Part shown: positions 58,575-64,000 of the stretch, in pieces
Layout: every line of letters begins with the position of its first letter
Position numbering within the stretch: the stretch's first letter is position 1
Virus record (IMG/VR): IMGVR_UViG_3300011113_000491
Span: 59,466 to 123,465 of that record
DNA length: 64,000 nt
Source: a virus
Strand: one strand, 5' to 3'
Position numbers and translations under genes: made by a program
Notes under the pieces: generated by a model
Database searches by the model: none
The model's input: only the letters and a program-made list of their open reading frames with translations
Told to the model about the DNA's origin: nothing

Positions 58575-59858
58575 TTACTCCAGTACATCATCAAGTGTAG
58601 CATTTGCAAAAGGAATGTCAATTGATACATTTTTGTTTTTAGAGAAACACCAAATGTTTTCAATGAAGCAGGAAGATAGATGATTTTTTAGATCTTCCTT
58701 TTCCATCTTCTTTGGTCGCTGCTTGATACGCATACCGATTTGACCGCAGAAGTTTGCATTATACGAATTTACAAAATTATCAACGAGGAAATCACAGGTA
58801 CGATGACGAACTCTATTCACTGTTGGATCCATGATATTAATCATCATCATACCAGTTTCTGAAAGTGTGTCATATGCCAACTCCGTAACATTCTTGAAGA
58901 AGTGCTTTTCCCAATTATCGTATTCTGGGTATCTACTCCAAGACTGATTCTCTTCTTTCTCTCCGCCTTTGTTATACATCTCCGTAGAAAAGTATGGAGG
59001 AGAAGTGAAAACAAGATCCACTGTTCCCTTTTCTGGCCACCATGAAGTATCCTCAGCAGGAAGATTAGAAACATAAACTGTTTTTGTTCCAGTGCATGTA
59101 AATCCATTTTCAGTTTGTCTTACGACAGGATTGCTTCCTAACATTCTCTCATACTCCATACACTGCTCTAGATAAACTTTGAACGTATTTGGATTTGGAT
59201 CTACACCATAAAACACTTTTGCATTTGATGCATAGAATCCTGCAAGACGATCACCCCATCCCATACTAAAATCTAGTACAGTGTTTGCGTTTGCAAAGTC
59301 ATATAATGTTTTTGCTACATGTGGTTTAAATTGTGTTGCAACATATGCACCAAGACGGAACGATCCACGAATGTTTGTTTCATTAATCGTATTGGTTCCC
59401 ATTCTCCAAAATATCCAGTTCATCTTCTTAAGAAGTTCAAGATCATTCCATATCTCTAGTGGAGACTTGAACCCGTAAGAAGGACATGCCATTCTATTTG
59501 CCTGTTGAAAGTAATTACTAATGTCATTGTAATAATGACCGAACTCAATTACAAACTTACCATGCTTTGAATATGGATACTTGTAATCGTTGTATTTTTC
59601 AACTACAGTGCTTGGATCAGGAACAGTAATAAAATTACTGTAATGTTCATTGGCAAGAGAAAATAGTTTATCCTTTACATCTAGTAAAGAAATAGGACGA
59701 AAAGGAAAACTTGGTTTTGTGTCATTAATAAATTCTGCAAATCCGTCAATAATCTGTCTCTTATTGAAATTATCATTAAGAACCTCCCACTCGTCAATGT
59801 CTATCTCTGGGATACCGCGAGAGTTTACTGACTTTTCAAAAACTTCACGAATACTCAT
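58575..59858 (-). CDS. DNA amino-methyltransferase-like protein
   Basis: VLDFSMGWGDRLAG (SAM binding), DLVFTSPPYF. Confidence 0.8.
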   Translation of the reverse strand: MSIREVFEKSVNSRGIPEIDIDEWEVLNDNFNKRQIIDGFAEFINDTKPSFPFRPISLLDVKDKLFSLANEHYSNFITVPDPSTVVEKYNDYKYPYSKHGKFVIEFGHYYNDISNYFQQANRMACPSYGFKSPLEIWNDLELLKKMNWIFWRMGTNTINETNIRGSFRLGAYVATQFKPHVAKTLYDFANANTVLDFSMGWGDRLAGFYASNAKVFYGVDPNPNTFKVYLEQCMEYERMLGSNPVVRQTENGFTCTGTKTVYVSNLPAEDTSWWPEKGTVDLVFTSPPYFSTEMYNKGGEKEENQSWSRYPEYDNWEKHFFKNVTELAYDTLSETGMMMINIMDPTVNRVRHRTCDFLVDNFVNSYNANFCGQIGMRIKQRPKKMEKEDLKNHLSSCFIENIWCFSKNKNVSIDIPFANATLDDVLE

Positions 59859-60364
59859 ACACCAGTGCTCCCAAATCCACCACGACGATTTCCCTTCTGT
59901 TGTGGATGAGTCTGGGTTTCTTCAATAGTGTATTCTAGACTCTTGACAAGTTCACCTTGAGCAATTCGATCATGGTGTGAGATTGCAATATCAACATCAT
60001 TCATGTTTTGAATCATGACATAAAGTTCATCTGTATAATCCGAGTCAATGATTCCTTCTGAATTAGTCAGACTGATCCCACGCTTTAGTGCATTTCCAGA
60101 ACGAGGATGGATTCTTACTGAATAACCCTTTGGAATGTCTAGGATAATACCAGTGGGAATAAGTGCTCTTCCGTTTGCAGGAACCACTACTGACTTCTTT
60201 CCTTCAATATTTACAAGTTCAAAATCAAAGATCTTATCCGAGATATGATTGTAAATAACATAGTCCTGTGGAACTATGTTGGCGTAAATATCAAAACAGG
60301 CGGCCTCTTGTGTTGCAAAGGATGGAATCTTTGCAGTTTCTTCTAGTTTATAAACTTTTAGCAT
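59855..60364 (-). CDS. dut: dUTPase
   Basis: ACFDI, IPTG, PRSG, GIIDSDY, RIAQ, RGGFGSTG. Confidence 0.93.
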   Translation of the reverse strand: MLKVYKLEETAKIPSFATQEAACFDIYANIVPQDYVIYNHISDKIFDFELVNIEGKKSVVVPANGRALIPTGIILDIPKGYSVRIHPRSGNALKRGISLTNSEGIIDSDYTDELYVMIQNMNDVDIAISHHDRIAQGELVKSLEYTIEETQTHPQQKGNRRGGFGSTGV

Positions 60365-60407
60365 GATTTAGATCTCCGCGAGTATTATAACACGGAAAGA
60401 TCTAAAG

Positions 60408-60617
60408 TCAATAATCCCCTACAGAAACTTCATCAAACACGGATGCATTTATCGTTATAAAAATTCTACCACTGTTTATTTGTTGTACTATTGCTTTATT
60501 TGGATCTTGCAGTAATTCACCAATATACAAAAAACGATCAGATTCTTTTAGATCATATACTAGAACATCTGAATTATTTGGATCGTTGATTTTTACAATA
60601 GTTAAAGCTCTTGCCAT
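60408..60617 (-). CDS. Small hypothetical protein
   Basis: Follows the upstream stop by 1 nt. Confidence 0.5.
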   Translation of the reverse strand: MARALTIVKINDPNNSDVLVYDLKESDRFLYIGELLQDPNKAIVQQINSGRIFITINASVFDEVSVGDY

Positions 60618-60618
60618 G

Positions 60619-61518
60619 TTATATTCCTATTAAAATTTCTCTTTCAAGTGGTCTTCTAATTCTACATCCTATATAATCACAATATAAAACGCTAGCAGAT
60701 GCACGAACGTCTGTTAGTTTAGTTACTATTAAATTTAGTCCCATATAATCATTGTTCGCACTAGGATAATATGCGGTGTTTGATGCAGCGGTAGTAACTT
60801 CTGTATCAGTTACAGGAACTCCAAATGTTCTATTTCTTATCTTATATGTTATCGAAATAACACCAGAAGTGTTTCTTTCAACACAAAGATAAAGTCTATA
60901 TGCTAATCCAGTTTCCCCAACTTCATCTACAACGACACCTGTATCAATTCTTTCTCCCGAACCATCTTTGCGAATAACTAAATTCCATGTAGTATCTCCC
61001 GGTAACTGTGCAGAATCTGATTCAAATTCTAAATAAATTCCATCAGTTGGTTCTGTATTAGCATTTGAATTCATAAATCCAAATCTGTATGCACCACTAG
61101 TAGAGCTTAGTAAATCAGGAACAGCTTGAAGAACTATTCCGCATTCTGCTTCATACTTTGTTATCAATCCTTCTCCGGGTGTGGGTATACCCGGTAAAAC
61201 ATTCATACTTGTTCCAAGTGAAATATATCCACTGTTATTTGATGTAGATCCAGTGTTCATATTAACAACACCACTACCATCGTTTATACTACCAGTTTGA
61301 AATCCTAAATAAGCAGAAAATGCCGCAGAAGTAAAAGTAGCAGTTCCACCATTACCAGTTGTGCTTGCTAGTCCTCCACCAGAAACACTTAATGCATTTG
61401 TAGGAGCAGCAAGTTGAATAAAATCTGTAAAACAAATAAAATCCAATTGATTTGGATTGTCATTATTAACAGTTCCAATCAATACATTTTCATTTATACT
61501 TCGTATGCTGTATGCCAT
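60619..61518 (-). CDS. Beta-rich tail-associated protein, paralogue 2
   Basis: MAYSIRSINE..NPNQLD..PGIPTP..DYI..IRRP. Confidence 0.7.
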   Translation of the reverse strand: MAYSIRSINENVLIGTVNNDNPNQLDFICFTDFIQLAAPTNALSVSGGGLASTTGNGGTATFTSAAFSAYLGFQTGSINDGSGVVNMNTGSTSNNSGYISLGTSMNVLPGIPTPGEGLITKYEAECGIVLQAVPDLLSSTSGAYRFGFMNSNANTEPTDGIYLEFESDSAQLPGDTTWNLVIRKDGSGERIDTGVVVDEVGETGLAYRLYLCVERNTSGVISITYKIRNRTFGVPVTDTEVTTAASNTAYYPSANNDYMGLNLIVTKLTDVRASASVLYCDYIGCRIRRPLEREILIGI

Positions 61519-61519
61519 A

Positions 61520-62383
61520 TTATGCGAATAAAAGAATTTCTCTGGTGACTGGTCTTCTAATTCGACCAGCAATATAATCTACAAAAACTAATCTTGCAGT
61601 AGTTGAGGTCGTGGTTATTTTTGAGTTTGTAAAAACAACACCCATATAGTCTCCAGTTGCACTTGGGTATCTTGCTGTAGTGGTGGGTGCGGCAGTAGTC
61701 TCTTCGTTTGTGTTATCTGTAAGATTTTTAATCTTGTATGTGGTGAGGTAATTTCCAGAAGTATCCCTTTCTACACACAAATACATTCTATAAGTTTTTG
61801 ATGCTGTAACTGCTGTAGTGGTTGCGACTCTATCTTGGGTATTGTCTTTTCTAAAAACAATATTCCAATTAGTATCTGTTGTAGTACCATCACACAAAAA
61901 TTCAAAATATACACCATCCGCAGGAGCAGTATTTGTTGTACTACTCATAATTCCAAATCTATAAAAACCTCTATTTGTAGTAGGAGAATTTCCATGAATT
62001 GTGCTATCTGTTCTCACCAAGATTTCACATTCATACTTAGTTATTAATCCTGAATCTGGAGTTGGAATACCGGGAATAATAACAGCAGAAGTAGCCAATC
62101 CACCATAACCTGTAGAGTTGCTGGTTGATCCAGTTGAAACAGATACTACTCCCGAAGCAAATGTTATCCCAAATGCTTCAAAATGAGCGGCGGTATTGCT
62201 TGTATGTGCTCCACCGTTTCCAGAGGGTGCATAAAAAACTCCACCTTGAGAGGGAACTGCTGTCGTAGGTGCTGCGTTTTGATGAAAATCGGAAAAGAAA
62301 ATTGTATCCAATTGGTTTGGATTTTCTGACTGAGCGCAAGCTGGTAAGACATATTCGTTTATACTTTGAATACTATAAGCCAT
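61520..62383 (-). CDS. Beta-rich tail-associated protein, paralogue 1
   Basis: MAYSIQSINE..NPNQLD..PGIPTP..DYI..IRRP; GGAG SD. Confidence 0.75.
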   Translation of the reverse strand: MAYSIQSINEYVLPACAQSENPNQLDTIFFSDFHQNAAPTTAVPSQGGVFYAPSGNGGAHTSNTAAHFEAFGITFASGVVSVSTGSTSNSTGYGGLATSAVIIPGIPTPDSGLITKYECEILVRTDSTIHGNSPTTNRGFYRFGIMSSTTNTAPADGVYFEFLCDGTTTDTNWNIVFRKDNTQDRVATTTAVTASKTYRMYLCVERDTSGNYLTTYKIKNLTDNTNEETTAAPTTTARYPSATGDYMGVVFTNSKITTTSTTARLVFVDYIAGRIRRPVTREILLFA

Positions 62384-62393
62384 ATTTTCTCCA

Positions 62394-63998
62394 TTATATC
62401 ACGAACCAATTAGAACCATCGCTTATTAAATCTACCGCCTGATATTGTCTAGTTAGATTATAACCAGATGTTATTCCATCAATAGATTGTGATGAAGTTG
62501 TGAATACTTTAACAACAGATGAGCTTGTATTTTTTACAGAGTATCTATTTGTATTTGATGCTGCTGTGGGTAAAGTCAAGGTTAATCCGGCAGTACAAAT
62601 ATAAACAAAATCAGTTCCAGCAGTAGAACCTGCACTTGTATTTGTTGAAATACTTGTGATGTATCTAGAAAGAGCGGAATAGGTTATATCCCCCGTCGCA
62701 CCATTAAATGTTCTTACACCCTGATTAGTTACCGTTACATTTCCTGTAGCACCAGATACAGATATACCTGTACCCGCAATAATAGAAGATACACCTTCTA
62801 CTGCTCCAGTCAATCCATTGAAAGAAGATACACCCTGAACTGCACCTGTGCTTCCATTGAAACTAGAAACATAATTATTGAATGATACTGCACCAGTACT
62901 ACCATTAAAACTAGAAACATAATTATTGAATGATACTGTACCTGTGCTTCCATTAAAACTACTTACTACATTTTTAGTAAGCGCAACTATACCAGAATCA
63001 TCTGGAAATGTAATTGTCTGATCTGATAATGCATTTAATCCGGGACCTTCAAGTGTTGTCCAATATTCATCTATTCCGTTATTTGAATATAATTTAAGAG
63101 ATGTATTTGTTGGCAAAAAGAAACCATCTGGATTTATGAATAACCCATTACTTACGATTGAGTCAGTATTCACAGATGAAGCATTTACAGTCGCAGCAGT
63201 TATACCAGAAGCGGTTATACCAGCACTAAAGGTTTGAAGAACGGTAAATGTTTGTGTTTCATCTGTAAATACTCCCTTTGTAATGGAACCAGTTTTACCA
63301 TTAAGAGAAGATACACCCACAACTGATCCAGTATTGCCATTGAAACTCAAGACACCAGTATTGGTAATAGTAACAGATCCAGTAGCACCAGAAACACTGA
63401 TACCAGATCCTGCAACAGCAGCAGATACTCCTTGGATTGCTCCTGTCTTGCCGTTAAAACTCAAGACACCAGTATTGGTAATAGTAACAGATCCAGTAGC
63501 ACCGGAAACGCTGATACCAGATCCTGCAACAGCTGCCGATACTCCTTGGATTGCTCCAGTATGTCCATTAAACGAAGAAACTAGAGGCAGAGCAGTAACT
63601 GATAAATTTTCCCATCCAGTAAGACCATCAACATAAGTCAATACTTGATAATTATGCGGAGATGTTATGATTACATCAGTAAGATCGTCAAGAGTTAAAG
63701 ATACGGAACCACCACCGCTTGATGTACTTCTAAAACTACCAGACTGAAGAATTAAAGCATCTGAACTATTTGATAAATTTGTTGCTCCACCTTTTACAAT
63801 CAAATATCCAGCAAAGATTGCATTTGTTCTGGTGTTTTCAATTTCTGTAAAATCTTCAAGATTTATATTTGCGGCAGCATCTGCAATGCTGGTATATTGT
63901 GCTCTACCATAATAAACTCCAAGCAAAGTAGGAGTATTTGGGTAATAGAAAAGTCTCTGAATGGTATATTTGCCGCCAGGAACTGTTGCTAAAACACC
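62394..63998 (-). CDS. Tail fibre / virion structural protein (5' truncated by the window edge)
   Basis: Repeated V(S/L)SFNGxTG and AGSGISVSGATG units, LDDLTDV, terminal LISDGSNWFVI; frame open to the window end. Confidence 0.75.
   Translation of the reverse strand, partial: GVLATVPGGKYTIQRLFYYPNTPTLLGVYYGRAQYTSIADAAANINLEDFTEIENTRTNAIFAGYLIVKGGATNLSNSSDALILQSGSFRSTSSGGGSVSLTLDDLTDVIITSPHNYQVLTYVDGLTGWENLSVTALPLVSSFNGHTGAIQGVSAAVAGSGISVSGATGSVTITNTGVLSFNGKTGAIQGVSAAVAGSGISVSGATGSVTITNTGVLSFNGNTGSVVGVSSLNGKTGSITKGVFTDETQTFTVLQTFSAGITASGITAATVNASSVNTDSIVSNGLFINPDGFFLPTNTSLKLYSNNGIDEYWTTLEGPGLNALSDQTITFPDDSGIVALTKNVVSSFNGSTGTVSFNNYVSSFNGSTGAVSFNNYVSSFNGSTGAVQGVSSFNGLTGAVEGVSSIIAGTGISVSGATGNVTVTNQGVRTFNGATGDITYSALSRYITSISTNTSAGSTAGTDFVYICTAGLTLTLPTAASNTNRYSVKNTSSSVVKVFTTSSQSIDGITSGYNLTRQYQAVDLISDGSNWFVI
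63350..63583. repeat. 117-bp tandem duplication inside the fibre gene
   Basis: Two near-identical 39-aa units; further 42-bp units near 62840-62965. Confidence 0.8.
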
Positions 63999-64000
63999 AG

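Noticed and set aside
60619-62383. Diversity-generating retroelement template/variable repeat pair
   Set aside because: Divergence covers whole genes and is not adenine-specific; no reverse transcriptase in the window
1-64000. Stop-codon reassignment
   Set aside because: Conserved genes are full length in the standard code and no suppressor tRNA was seen

Overview
A 64-kb piece of a large T4-like myophage genome. It has three parts. (1) A replication and nucleotide-metabolism block at 43.6-60.4 kb: class II NrdJ, ThyX, gp61 primase, gp41 helicase, UvsX, dUTPase, a DNA methyltransferase and a family-B DNA polymerase split into two genes around three tRNAs. (2) AT-rich late regions with many TATA(A/C)ATA promoters and ORFs carrying T4 internal-protein-like N-termini or internal (L/I/M)xE sites, plus tail-fibre genes at the right end. 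(3) A sharply bounded GC-rich region at about 7.3-21.9 kb with a kinase-like gene, a DksA/TraR zinc finger and a divergent MoxR AAA+/VWA-metallopeptidase pair. This region has sigma70-type leaderless promoters and several repeated intergenic motifs. VPAPG-type PEP-CTERM proteins and a secretin-like fragment suggest a Planctomycetota host (inference). The main leads are a candidate -1 frameshift at 22.6 kb, a duplicated amyloid-like AGRD module in two late proteins, the split polymerase, widespread leaderless initiation, a strand-polarised CGTGATAGTA motif and the tiered GC content. All family calls come from reading motifs by eye; no database search was run.
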